Of a stretch of 64,000 nt of DNA, positions 22,760 through 36,138 are shown one piece after another (positions within the stretch are counted from its first letter, which is position 1; each line of letters begins with the position of its first letter). The position numbers and the translations under genes are program-made. Source of the DNA: Chiloscyllium plagiosum (Eukaryota); the NCBI RefSeq assembly GCF_004010195.1, contig NC_057719.1, positions 92,560,037 through 92,624,036 on the forward strand, read 5' to 3'. The notes beneath the pieces were generated by a model, which saw only the letters and a list, made by a program, of their open reading frames with translations, was not told the DNA's origin and did no database searches.

Positions 22760-24479
22760 GTAATCCATTCCTGTATATATCATCATTCTCGCCATCCTCT
22801 GGGAAGAGCAGGGCACTGTTCACCTCCTCTATTGCGACCACTGTCCGGTCTTTTAGCTATAAATTCTCGTGTCTGAGCTGCCACCCTTTATGTTTCCATC
22901 TCTTCCTGGCCATATTTCTGACGAAGGCCTGTCAGAACTACAACCACTTTCTTGCATTTATCTTCCTCTTGTCCCTTCCATCAACCTCTTTGCTCTGTCA
23001 TCAGAGCATCTTGGTCATAGCCCTTCTTGCTCATGTTCATGACCAGCTTCTGATTGCATTCCAGTACACACGATACTAATGACCTTGCTGAACCTTGTAG
23101 TATTTTGCCTTTAGACACGTGTGGGCGGCACGGTGGCACAGTGGTTAGCACTGCTGCCTCACAGCGCCAGAGACCCGGGTTCAATTCCCGCCTCAGGCGA
23201 CTGACTGTGTGGAGTTTGCACGTTCTTCCCGTGTCTGCGTGGGTTTCCTCCGGGTGCTCCGGTTTCCTCCCACAATCCAAAGATGTGCCACTCAATACTA
23301 AATTGCCCGTAGTGTTAGGTTAGGGGTATGGGTGGGTTGCGCTTTGGCGGGTCGGTGTGGACTTGTGGGGCCGGAGGGCCTGTTTCCACACTGTAATCTA
23401 ATCTAATCTAAAAATCCCTTCTAGACATCTTCCAGTCTTATGTACTTCGAGTACTTCTCCACCTGGGGCGTCCAGCTATGGGGTTCAAAACTCCTTGAGT
23501 ACACTTCTTGTGCCCAAGCATCCCACTGTGGGGCACAAGTCTCCACTGTGAAGACTAAGCCTTCTTCATCCAAAGAATCCAACAATGAGTTTCAAAACTT
23601 CCGTTGAGATCTCTCATCAGATCCACCCATCCCACTGTGGGGTACAAAACCCCTCATTAAGCATTAGCCATTCTGTTTATCCTAAATAAAACTGCCTTCT
23701 CCATCTTAGTTTTTTTTGTACTGCAACTTACAGCTGGTGCTGATTATGGGGTTTGTCCTCTAGCTAAAGGGTGGTAATATTAAACGTACTCACCTGATTA
23801 GTATTTAGCTGATAATGGAATGATCCAATATCCTGATTGCAGCACCAATATTTGAGTAGAGCACAGTCAAAGACCCGGCTTGAGTTCTGTGTTCAGAAGT
23901 AAAATTGATTTTTATTCGAGCTCTTCATCACACATGGGGGAGAGGCCAGAGACTGCTCTGACTTTGGCCAATACATGAGACCCAGTCACCCTCTTAATAT
24001 TCATCTCAGATTGGGCGAGATGTCAATGACGCTCTGGTACCCCCAGTGAGATATAGCATTTTTATGCATTTTACGTTACAATAATTGCGTGAAACATTGC
24101 CATTGTTAATTCCCCCTTATTCTATACACCCAATCCTGTAAAATGGATGATCAATGATGAGCAACTCTATGGACATCCCTAGTTTCCTTATCATCTCATG
24201 AGTTTTACCAGGTATTCTAATCACTAGGCCTTGGGATCTGAAAATATATCCCATTAGTTCAAATCCCAAAGTTAATGGTGATATTCCTTCAGACTTTTCC
24301 CAGACTTAGTTATCTCTAAGGAGTGCTCAAATTCTGTTAATCATTTTAATCAATGCTATCTCTGGCACGTTCTGTTACTCGTCTTATAATTCTCACTGCC
24401 CTTATCACAGGAGATACAAAAGAATGTTAATTCTTATTATAAAGTTAGTTAAAAGTAAAGCTTTATGTGTACACCAACA
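22760..24479 (-). mobile_element. Putative LTR-retroelement 5' end (LTR, tRNA-His-like PBS, leader/gag remnant)
   Basis: Minus strand TGGTGCTGCAATCAGGAT (23847-23830) matches 13/18 of a tRNA-His PBS (TGGTGCCGTGACTCGGAT), just after ..CTACTCA (23853). AATAAA lies ~60 nt upstream. Candidate LTR start TGTTGG at 24479. Confidence 0.5.
23123..23414 (+). mobile_element. Young HE1-type SINE
   Basis: Same family as 8646-8973, with small internal deletions. Confidence 0.9.
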
Positions 24480-27400
24480 GTTAGAATTCTTTAGCTAATG
24501 AATTTTGAGCAGTTTCTGTCCGACCTGACCTTGAAGGCTCCATTCAATACTTCCCCTCTGTCTTGCAGTTGCATTTTCATTCTTTCTTGTTACACGCTCT
24601 CTTCTGGTCTGAAATTTACTGCCACTATTCTGACTAACTCTTTTACTTAATAAGACAACACCTTTGTCGTTGATAAGGTTAAAACTCAAACTCTTTCATT
24701 CACAGCTCCATGAACTTGTCTGATATTGGGTTTTATGAGCCAGATTCCCACCGTTATCGTACGGTGGGATCACCGTATCATCCCACCGTTATTCTGTCTT
24801 TCTGTGGGATCCTCCTTTAATACTTGCTACAATCTTCAGTCTGTCTGTGCTCAGACATTTCTTATCAAATTGATTCCTACATTCAGCTGCAGCTGCTGTT
24901 TGTGCAGAACTCACTTTGTACTACTTCTTTGTTCCAAGTAGACACCATTACCTTGAGAAACTCCTTCTCAAAGCTACCAATGTGGATACTTATGGCCTCA
25001 CTTTAATGCTGGAGCAGCCAACCTAATTCTGTTGCTACAGCAATATCTGTGCCAAAGGCAGGCAATACTGCTGATCATGGACTACAGCAACACGTACACT
25101 TTAATAGCAAAAGCTTGAATGTTGTCCAGCTCTTGCTGCAGATGGATGCAGACTGATTCAGCAGCTCAAAGCTGACAAATTGTTCTGAACATTGCGTTAT
25201 CTTCATTGAACATCCCCACTTCTGATCATTGTGGACCCAATGGCTTGAATGACCTGCTTCCACACTGTTGGGATTCTATGATCGAGAAAATGGAGATGTC
25301 TGTCCCAAGGAAGCTCTCCTGGTGATCTTCTGCAGTAACGTCTCATGGCTAATCTCATTGATGTCTATCGATGATAAACAGCATCTTTTGAATGATGAAA
25401 GACTCCAACCATTAGGAAGGTTGCAACTGATTCCCATTAAGTGCAATTTTCTTCAGTTCTGATAACATATTTAGTCAAACACTGCCTAGACTTCGGAGTT
25501 AATCCATCTTACCCGAGCCTTTGTTTTCACCTATTTTCTTCATACGAATAGGTCTTAATGTGTTTTATACACGGAGAGATGAGCAAATGTCAGGAATTCT
25601 CTATTCCAGATGTTTGGGGAGTTATTTCAATGAAAGTATTTAAAGGGGAGGTAGAAGGATGTTGAACTGTCAGAGAGTTGAGGGCTATGAAGTATTGGAC
25701 ATTAAAGAGAATTTGAGACCACGAACAGTTCAGCCATGATGTCATTGAAGGGAATGGCAGTTTTGGGGAGCAAACGATCTGCTCTACTTAAAAATGTTCT
25801 CATACTCCGTTGTTGTAAATTTAATGATAGTTATTTTGAAGGAAGTTATGTTATTGAATGTTGGAATCGAGGAGACGAGAGGATTTTGTGAGCCTTCTCT
25901 GGGTAAGGTGTGGAGGCTGTCTTCACTCTGAACCTGGGTCTACAACATGACCGACAAATAAAGCACAAATTGCAAAGAGGGGGAGCCCCATAAACAGAGA
26001 TGAGGGGCCTCTTCCATATCCAGCTTAGGTTTTCCAATTGCATTTTCCAAATCACCCCAAACAGTGTGCAACACTCTTGAGGGGCTAAATGATCTCCTCA
26101 TTTTCTGTGCAGCAAGTTATAGGAAGAAGTGTCCTCCAACTGCTCCTGTGTAGCAGATTTGAGGGGCTGAATGGAATGGAGGGGCATTGGACTGAGAAAC
26201 AGGGGTTGGTCCTTAGACACTTTGAACCTGCCTTACCATGCATCAAGATCAGAGCTGATCTGGGTCTAAACCGTATAGTCCTAATTGAAGTTCATTATTC
26301 TTGACTCTTCAATATCTAATTAATTCAGCTTTGAGTAAATGCCACGCAGGTACTGCAAACTTCTGGAGAAAAGGATTTCAATTCAAACGCCCCCTTTGAG
26401 AATTTCTCCTGATGATTTTTCTGACTGAGGTCGGAGGGTCACTGCTTCTGTTTCGAGACCCATTGCTCCACGGATCACAACACAATTTAAATATAACCAG
26501 GTTGGGGATACGGTATGGTATGCAGGTCTCAGGCTATGCCAAATTCAGTGCGAGGAACAATTGGTGTCGGTGTCTTTAATATGCAAACAATAGCATGTTT
26601 ATTTCCAAACCAAATTTATTCAACCTATTATGGATAAGTGAACGACAAACAGTTTGCATATTCTAAACACCTACAAATATGTTTACTTTTCCAAAAGTAC
26701 TGAGATACGCGGAAACACTTGCTCACAGAGATGCATACAGGAACACACGTGCATCTGAAGACAAACAAAATAGCATGAAATTTCTGCAGATTGTTAACTA
26801 AAAAGAAGTTAGCTAAGTAACAGTTAAGTACATGACAAAATGGTAATTTACGGATTGTCCCAAACGTTATTCTGCCTCTGATGTTATTCTGCTCACACAT
26901 GCTGCTGGCAATGGGACTTCTTCCTGGAACAGTTCCGGTTTGGCTGACTTCCCTTTACTTTAGGCAGTGGGGAACGTCTAAAGAATCCTCGATTGGGATC
27001 CTCCACGAGTGGTTAAGATAAAAGAAGGGTTTTCAGCTCGTGTACATTGATGTGATGAGAAAGAAAGGGGGCGGAGACAATAAGTCGTTGATTCTCAGGA
27101 ATGTTATAATTTTACCCCTCTGAGTTGCATCATACAGTAATATTACCTGAACCCCAAATCTGATCACGTGAAACCTCCTTGAGCATTCTCCGGACTGGAT
27201 GACTCCAATCTAGCTCCCTAATCCATCGAGGTGCCTCATTGTTGCTGTTGTACCAGTTAAAAAAAAATCCCACTTTATAATTTGGAGATGGTCAGTTCTG
27301 CTAAAACACACGTTTCTTCGTCGCAGCTTGGCTGTGATGTGATTGGCAAACTTGAACCGTTATTTGCAGAACGCAAACTCCTTTAGTGCCTATATGGAAA

Positions 27401-28034
27401 TTCCGGTCCCATTAGCAAGACTGGCGTGGCTATTGCGCAATTTTTGTACAATGCTAGATGGCAGAAGAAGACAAGCATCGTATATTTTAGAGCCGACTTG
27501 ATGCTTACATGTGTCGGCGTAATTTTTAAGCATAGAATCCCTACGTTATGGAAACAGGCCATTTGATCCAACAAATCCAACGAATTCTTGTTCTCTCTTT
27601 ATTCAAATTGTTTGCTGTTGTTCTATCCTTGTGCAAGAACAGAAAATTACCTTAATCCACATTATACTGTTTCTGCTGTAGGTTTGCTCACGCACCTCCC
27701 TTGTCTATGTCCTAATGTAGATGCTCTACCTCCGCTTAATAGCTTTTTAAATTAATATCTTGATTCCTTAGTTAACTGAGCTCAAAGAAATTCAGTCCCC
27801 GAACCAAATCAGTGATATAAATTTTAAATCATTGATGACCCCTCACGGATCCCTGAGGCACTTCATTAGTTACATTTGCTCAATTTGAAAAGAAACATTG
27901 ATCGCTACTATCCACTTCCGACAGTTAATTAGGGCTCAACTGTTCCTATGGACCTGCATAGAAATGTTGAATGGCATCGCGCTGCCCTGTGCAATGTTCT
28001 CAAAAAGCTGAATACTTCATTCTATTCATGTCTT

Positions 28035-30520
28035 ACTTCATATCTTGCTTTGCTTCGGTATTCACAAGTGAGAGCGACTTTGTCGTTTGTGAGGACAGTG
28101 TGAAACAAGCTGATATGCTCCAACAGGTTGAAGTTACGTAAAAGGGTGTTCTGGAAACTTTGAAAACATGAGGGTAGTTAAATCCCCTAGCCCAGACAGG
28201 ATGCACCCAAGCTTATTACAGGAAGTGTGGGAAGAGATTGCTGAGCCGTTGGCAACGATCTTTACGTCCTCATTCTTCACTATAACACCAGATGATTGGA
28301 AGATGGCAAATGTTATTCCCTTGCTAAAGAAAGGGAATAACGATAACCCTGGGAATGACAGACCAGTCAGTCGTCAGTGTTAGGAAATTTATTGGAGAGG
28401 ATTTTGAGAGAGAGGATTTATGATTATTTGGAAAAACATAATTTGGTTAAAGATAGTCAGCATGGCTTTGTGAGGGGTAGGTCATGCCTCACAAGCCTGA
28501 TTGAATTCTTTGAGGTTGAGACAAAGCAAATTGATGAAGGGAGAGCAGTAGATGGATTTTAGCAAGGCGTTTGATAAGGTTCCCTATCGTAGGCTTATTC
28601 AAAAAGCAAGAAGGCATGGGATAAAGGGAAACATGGCTGCCCAGATACAGAATTAGCAGGCCCCTGGAAGACAGAGGATGGTATTAGGTGGAAAGTATTC
28701 ACCTGGTGCTCGATGACCAGTGGTGTTCAGAAGGAAACTGTTCAGGGACCTCTGTCCTTTGTGATTTTTTATAAATGACTTGTATGAGGAAGTGGAAGGG
28801 TGGGTTGATAAGTGTGTCGAGGACACAAAGTTTGATGGAGTTGTGGATAATAACGAGGGCTTGTTGTTTATTGTAATATGCCATTGACAGGATGCAGACC
28901 TGAGCTGAGAAATGGCTGATGGAGTTCAACCTGGAAGAGTGTGAAGTGATTCACTTTGAAAGATCGAATTTGAATGCAGAATGCAGGGTCAAAGGACAAA
29001 AAGAACAAAAAAAAAACCCAGCATGGAAACAGGCCCTTCGACCCTCGAAGCCTGCTCTGAGTCAGATCCTCTATCTAAACCTGTCGCCAATTTTCTAAGA
29101 ATCTGCATCCCTATTCTTCCTGCCCGCACTGTATCTGTCCAAATACATCTTAAATGGTGCTATCATGCCCGCCTCTACCACCTCCCCTGACGAACCATTC
29201 CAGGTACCCACCACCTTCTGCATGAAGAGCCTTCTATGTATATATCCCATAAGAGTTTCCTCCCATTTTGAACTCATGACCCCTAGTAACTGAGTTGCCC
29301 AATCTGGCAAAAAAAAGCTTCTTGCTATCCACCCTGTCTCTACCTCTCATGATTTTGAAGACCTTAATCAGGTCCTCTCTCAACTTCCATCTTTCTAATG
29401 AAAACAATCCTGATCAATTCAACCTCTCTTCATAATTAGCACCCTCCATCCCAGGCAAAATCCTGGTGAACCTCCTCTGCACCCTCTTCAAAGGATCCAC
29501 ATTCTTTTGTTAATGGCGACCAGAACTGTTCTCAGTATTCCAAATGTGGTTGAACCAAAGTCCTATATAATTGTATCACGACCTGTTAACACTTGTACTC
29601 AATAACCCATCGGATGAAAGAAAGCATACCATGTGCCTCCTTGACCACTATATCGACCTTTGTTGCCACTTTCAGGGTACAATGGACTTGAGCACCCAGC
29701 TCTCTCTGCCCGTCAATTTCCCCCCGGACTTTTCCATTTACTGTACTTTTCACTTTTGAATTGAATCTTTCAAAATACATCACCTCGCATTGGCTCGGAT
29801 TGAGTTCCATCTGTCATTTTTGTGCTCAACTCTCCAGTTTATCTATATTCTGCTGCATTCGCTGATAGTTCCCTTTACCATCCCGCGGACTACATCTGTA
29901 GATCCCTTAAAGTTGCCACCCAAGTTGATAAGGTTGTTCAAGAAGGCGTATAGTGTGTTGAGGGATTGAGTTTATTAACTTTGAGGTTATTCTGCGGCTT
30001 TGTACAGCCCTGGTTAGACCACACTTAGAATACTGTGTTCAGCTCTGGGTGACTCATTACAGGAACAGTATAAAAACTTTAGAGGGGTACTGAGGAGATT
30101 TACGAGGATGCTGCCCGGACTGGAGTGCATCTCTTATGAAGAAAGGTTGAGGGAGATAGGGTTTTTCTTATTGGAGAGAATTAGAATGAGAAGTGACTTG
30201 ATGGAGGTGTACAAGATGATGAGAGACGTAGATCAAGTGACCTTTTCCCAGGGGGGAATGATTTTACGATGGTTAGAGGAAGGTTTAGGGGAGATGACAA
30301 AGTTAGGTTCTTTACACAGAGAGTGGTGGGTTCGTGGAATGTAATGCCAGCAATATTAGTAGAATCAGAAACATTAGGGGCATTTAAGCGACTCTTGATA
30401 GGCACATGGATGGTAGTAAAATGAAGGGCATGCCAGTTAGTTTGACCTTAGTATCAGATGAAAGATTGGCACAACATCGAGGGTCAAAAGGCCTATACTG
30501 TTCTATGTTCTCTCACTCTA
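28035..30520 (+). mobile_element. CR1 ORF2 RT to 3' end, degenerate, with an opposite-strand CR1 nested at about 28999-29882
   Basis: KSPSPDRMHP..WKMANVIPLLKKG, QHGFVRGRSCLTSL, YEERLREIG. The nested minus copy has its own tail at ~29000. Confidence 0.88.
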
Positions 30521-31202
30521 AGGAACTTAATGTTCTCAACTACCTCCATCTTAGCTCCAGTAATGTAGATATGGGCATGACCCCCATCCCACCTTCATTC
30601 ATAAAACAATGATAAGATCTTTCGTTTTGTTGAAGTTGAGGGAGGGATTGGTATATTTACATCACACCAACAAGCATTTTATCTCCTGTGGATACTGAAA
30701 GTAAGCTTGCTTAGTTAAACAGCTTCACTCATATTCTAATTATATTTCCATAGGCAGCTATGCATTAATAAGTAAACTCAATGTTAACCGGTTTAACAGG
30801 AATAGTCTACATTGAAACTAACAATAGGCATTTGTTCAGGAATCTTCTGAAAAAAATGAATGAACTGGGTAGCTCGTGTTCACAGTGAGCATGACCGTAC
30901 TGATCAGTGCTAGTTGACTCCAATATTAAAGCGCTCCATGAAATTCCTTCTAATAGTGTAACCTCAACAATAGTTAACAAGCCCAACTCGGGTCTGTCTA
31001 TGAACATTCAATATGTCTATTCTTAATTGGACCTGTGTTGCTTAATTCAATTGTAACCAGTCTTTTGCATATCATGTCGTCTAAGTATAGCTGCGATCAC
31101 GGGCATGTTGTCACATTTTGTATTCTTCTATAGTTGACCATAAAATATTAAATGTAACAATATGGAATTATACATTTGTCAACATTAAATCTTTTTGATC
31201 TG

Positions 31203-33915
31203 GGAGAAAGTGAGGACTGCAGATGTGGGAGACCAGAGTTGAAAAGTGTGTTGCTGGAAAAAACACTGCAGGCCAGGCAGCATCCGAGGAGCAGGAGAAT
31301 CAAAGTTTCGGACACAAGCCCTTCTTCAGGAATGAGGCTGGTTTGCCAAGCGGGTTGAGATAAAAGTAGGGGGGAGGGAATTTGGGGGAGGGGCATTGGG
31401 AATACGATAGGTGCAAGGAGGTGAGGGTGAAGGTGATAGGCCGGAGAGGGGGTAGGGGCGGAGGGGTCGGGAAGAAGATTGCAGGTCAAGAGNNNNNNNN
31501 NNNNNNNNNNNNNNNNNNNNNNNNNNNNNNNNNNNNNNNNNNNNNNNNNNNNNNNNNNNNNNNNNNNNNNNNNNNNNNNNNNNNNNNNNNNNNNNNNNNN
31601 NNNNNNNNNNNNNNNNNNNNNNNNNNNNNNNNNNNNNNNNNNNNNNNNNNNNNNNNNNNNNNNNNNNNNNNNNNNNNNNNNNNNNNNNNNNNNNNNNNNN
31701 NNNNNNNNNNNNNNNNNNNNNNNNNNNNNNNNNNNNNNNNNNNNNNNNNNNNNNNNNNNNNNNNNNNNNNNNNAGGGTGAGGATGATAGGCCGGAGAGGG
31801 GGTGGGGGCGGAGGGGTTGGGAAGAAGATTGCAGGTCAAGAGGGTGGTGCTGAATCTGGGAGTTGGGACTGAGATAAGGTGGGGGAGGGGAAATTAGGAG
31901 AAATCTACCATCATCCCGTGTGGTTGGAGGGTTCCTAGGCTGAAGATGAGGCACTCTTACTTCAGGCGTCGTGTGACCAGGGTCTGGCGATGGAGGATGC
32001 CAAGGACCTGCATGTCCTTGGCGGAGTGGGAGGGGAGTTAAAGTGTTAAGCCACGGGGCAGTTGGGTTGGTTGGTGCGGGTGTCCCAGAGGTGTTCCCTG
32101 AAACGTTCGCAAGTTGGCAGCCAGTCTCCCCAATGTAGAGGAGGCCACATCGGGTGCAGCGGATACAGTAAATGATGTGTGTGGAGGTGCAGGTGCAGTT
32201 GCGTTGGATATGGAAGGATCCATTGGGGCCTTGGAGGAGGTGAGAACGGAGGTATGGGCGTACGTTTTGCACATCTTGCAGTTGCAGGGGAAGGTGCCGA
32301 GAATGGAAGTTGGATTGGTGGGGGGTGTGGCCTGAAGAGGGAGTCACGGAGGGAGTGGTCTCTCCGGAATTCTGATGGGGTGGGGAGGGAAATATATCCT
32401 TGGTGGTGGGGTCTGTTTTGAGGTGGCGGAAATGGCAATATATCTGGAGGTTGGTGGGGTGGAAGGTGAGGACCAGTGGGCTTCTGTTCTGGTGGCGATT
32501 GGAGGGGTGGCGTTCAAGGGCGGAGGTGCGGGAAGTGGAGGAGATATGTGGAGAGCATCATCGACCACGTCGGAGGGGAAATTGCGGTCTTTGAAGAAGG
32601 AGACCGTCTGGGTTGTTCGGTATTGGAATTGGTCCTCCTGGGAACAGATGCAGCAGAGGCGAAGGAACTGGGAATAAGGGATGGCGATTTTACAGGGGGC
32701 ATAGTGGGAGGAGATGTAATCTAGGTAGCTGTGGGAGTCGGTCAGTTTGTAGTAAATCTCGGTGTTGAGTCGGTCGCCCGAGATAGAAATGGAGAGGTCT
32801 AGGAAGGGGAGGGAGGAGTCTGAGATGATCCAGGTAAATTTGAGGTTGGGGTGGAAGGTGTTAGTAAAGTGGATGAACTGTTCAACCTCCTCGTGGGAGC
32901 ACGAGGTAGCACCAATACAATCATCGATGTAGCGGAGGAAAGGGGTTGTGCCAGAGCGATGAAGAGGCAGTCATAGCTGTGGCCCATGCGGGTGCCCATG
33001 GCTACTCCTTTGGTTTGGAGGAAGTGGGAAGATTGGAAGGAGAAGTTGTTAAGAGTGAGGAAGAGTTCAGTCAGTAGAAGGAAAGTGTCAGTGGAAGAGT
33101 ACTGGTTGGGTCAGCGGGAGATGAATAAATGGAGGGCTTGGAGGCCTTCGTGATGGCAGATGGTAGTGTTTAGGGACTGGATCTCCATCATGAAGATAAG
33201 GAGTTGGGGGCTAGGGAATCGAAAACCATGGAGGAGGTGGAGGTGGGGAGTTCTTGGACTAAGGGGGACAGGACTGTGTCGAGGTATGCAGAGATGAGTT
33301 CATTTGGGCAGGAGCAGGCGGAGACAATGGGTCAGCCGGGGCAGTCAGTTTTGTGGATTTTGGGCAGGAGGTAGAAACGGGCGGTGCAGGGTTGTGGGAC
33401 TATGAGGTTGGAGGCGGTTGATGGGAGATCTTCTGAGGTTCTGAGGTTATGGATGGTCTGGGAGATGATGGTTTGGTGGTGGGAGGTGGGGTCATGGTCA
33501 AGAGGGCAGTAAGAGGAGGTGTCTGTGAGTTGGTGCCCAGCTTCAGTGGTGTATAAATCAGTGCACCAAACTACCACTGCGCCTCCCTTGTTTGCCGGTT
33601 TGATGGTGAGGTTGGGGTTGGAGTGGAGGGACTGGAGGGCTGCACGTTCTGAGGGTGAGAGGTTGGAGTGGGAGAGAGGGATGGATAGGTTGAGGCGGTC
33701 AATGTCGCGGTGGCAGTTGGATATGAAGAGATTGAGGGCGGGTAAGAGGCCAGCACAGGGTGTCCAGGTGGATGGGGTGTGTTGGAGCCGGGAGAAGGGG
33801 TCGTCAGAGGGTGGGCGGGAATCCTTGTTGAAGAAGTAGATGCGGAGGCGAAGGCGGCGGAAGAAGTGCACAATATATAGCCGCGTGTCAAACTCATTGA
33901 TCCGGGAGCGTTGGG
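31203..33915 (-). mobile_element. Penelope-like retroelement (Neptune-type): RT, GIY-YIG and 3' terminal repeat; frameshifted
   Basis: RLRLRIYFF; IKPANKGGAVVV (DKG-like); FYLLPKIHK; GVAMGTRMG; RYIDD; IIYCIRCTRCGLLYIGETG. Terminal repeat carries a hammerhead with a mutated cleavage site at 31298-31333. Confidence 0.93.
31493..31773. other. Assembly gap (281 N)
   Basis: Run of N. Confidence 0.99.
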
Positions 33916-34310
33916 GGGATGACCTGTACAACTATGCACTACATAGAAGCACATCAACCAAATCAGATTCAATGAATATCATGGTGTTCAACTGGACGTG
34001 TTAAAATTACATTAAGCTGTACTGAGCTTTAGCAGTCCATACAAAATGGGACCATGCAGCAGAGGTTAAAGTGAACAACTTTGTTTAACAATTGGCAAGT
34101 CTTAACACAGACAATCAGAAAGCAGCCCTGCTCAATTGCGCCATGCCATTGTAAAGGTAAATTTGTTTTTCTGCTGATTAACAAAATAATTTGAATGATT
34201 CTGCAAGGAATGGGCCTCCACAAAACATAACGGTATATCGTTGGTTCTGTGCAAATGAAATATAACCCCTTGGAACGTTGCGTCAAGATGCTAGTTTGGT
34301 GAAGTGATCA

Positions 34311-34886
34311 TAGAATCATGGATTCGTAGAGATGTACAGCACAGAAATAGACCTTTCTGTCCAACTGGTCCATGCCACCCAGATATTGATAAAGGCAGAA
34401 ATTGATAAATTCTTGATGTCACAAGGAATTAAGGGCTACGGGGAGAATGCGGGTAAGTGGAGTTGAAATGCCCATCAGCCATGATTGAATGGCGGAGTGG
34501 ACTCGATGCGCCGAATGGCCTTACTTCCGCTCCTATGTCTTATGGTCTTATGGTCTTATTGTTTTATATCATAACCTAATCTAATCCCATTTGCCAGCAC
34601 TTGGCCCATATGCCTCCAAACCTTTCCTAATCATCCATCCATCCAGATGCCTTTCAAATGCCATAATTGCACCAGTCTCCACCACTTTCTCTGGCAGCTC
34701 ATACCATACACACAGCACCGTCTATGTGAAAAACGTTGCCATGAACCTAAGCCCTCTACTTCTAGATTCCCCCACACTGGGAAAAGATTTTGTCTTTTTA
34801 TCATAAAAAAGCCCTTCATGATTTTATAAACCTCTATAAGATCACCCCTCAGCCTCCGAAGCTCCAGGGAAAACAGCCCCAGCCTA
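34311..34886 (-). mobile_element. CR1 3' fragment with a younger plus-strand CR1 tail nested at about 34390-34560
   Basis: CR1 3' UTR on the minus strand. The nested piece ends tcttatggtcttatggtcttat. Confidence 0.8.
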
Positions 34887-34892
34887 TTAGTG

Positions 34893-35213
34893 GTCGGATG
34901 GTGGCACAGTGGTTACCACTGCTGCCTCACAGCGCCTGAGACCCGGGTTCAATTCCTGCCTCAGGCGACTGACTGTGTGGAGTTTGCACGTTCTCCCCGT
35001 GTCTGCGTGGGTTTCCTCCGGGTGCTCCGGTTTCCTCCCACAGTCCAAAAATATGCAGGTCAGGTGAATTGGCCATACTAAATTGCCCGTAGTGTTAGGT
35101 AACGGGTAAATGTAGGGGTATGAGTGAGTTGCGCTTCGGTGGGTCGGTGTGGACTTGTTGGGCCGAAGGGCCTGTTTCCACACTGTAATGTAATCTAAAA
35201 TAAAATCTAATCT
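34893..35213 (+). mobile_element. Young HE1-type SINE
   Basis: Same family as the other young SINE copies. Confidence 0.9.
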
Positions 35214-36016
35214 ATTCCACCTCGCCCTATAGCCATGTTCACACAACATTATGTGGACCATTGCATACTGACAGTAACCATGGTGATTGTATACTGACTG
35301 CGCACTCATTGTAAACGTGATCCATTTGACCACATCAATTTCTATTCTAAGCTCGATGAAGTGGGTTTCCCGACTTTTGAATGGAATTGCACATAAACCA
35401 GCATGCTCATGCTTTTTGTGACTAAGAAAGAAAACATCTAACACACAAATTTGCATTAACGTAGAACTTGACTGAATGGAATCTGTGGATACAGGTACTT
35501 ATTTACGTGACTGATCCTGTCTACACCAAAAATATAAAAAAACTAATGTAGACCCATGGCAGTGACTACTTCAGTACTGAACTGAACCTTCCTAGAGCAA
35601 ATGCAGTTCTGAAAAGCTGGCCCAGTGAACGATACTGATTGCCCAACTACTTGCAGACTCAGACTGTGACTGTAATAGACTGCAGCAAACAACTGTTCTG
35701 AATTGAACCTCTCTATACAGTCCTGAAACTACATGCTGACTCTAACTGGTTTAAAACTGGATGTAATTGTGATAACCAACAACAATCCAAATTGAAAATA
35801 CTCAAATTGAATCACACCTTTCTACAATAAATTAAGACGAGTGATCGATTTTTATTTAGGTGGCATTACTTCAGATACCTGAGAGCATTCTTTAACGAAA
35901 ACACTCATATTCATTAAAGCACGAATACTGTAACGGTAGAAATAATGTCTATATGTTTGTTTCTTTTCCTGTTAATTAATACAATCACCTGATTCTGGCC
36001 CTGGGGGCTGACACCA

Positions 36017-36022
36017 TATAAA
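36017..36022 (+). promoter_or_regulatory. Candidate TATA box of the GPCR gene
   Basis: TATAAA starting 52 nt upstream of the exon 1 ATG. Confidence 0.55.
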
Positions 36023-36068
36023 GCTGACGATGATTGTGTAAAGGACTTGTTCAGTGTTTGTTACAGAA

Positions 36069-36138
36069 ATGCATGGATTACCAAAAGGTCTGGTGTTTGC
36101 CATTTATTACCCCGTTATTGCAGCAATTGGGGTTCCAG
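36069..36138 (+). CDS. GPR139/GPR142-like GPCR, coding exon 1
   Basis: ATG..MHGLPKGLVFAIYYPVIAAIGVP+G, then donor gtaaag. The phase-1 intron joins exon 2 in frame (G|CT = Ala), giving the TM1 GVPAN motif. Confidence 0.88.

Noticed and set aside
26500..27370. Possible minus-strand solo LTR
   Set aside because: The composition is suggestive, but I could not define termini, a TSD or a second copy.
31148..32347. 399-aa ORF and neighbouring X-rich ORFs
   Set aside because: Artefacts of reading through the N gap in a frameshifted Penelope copy.
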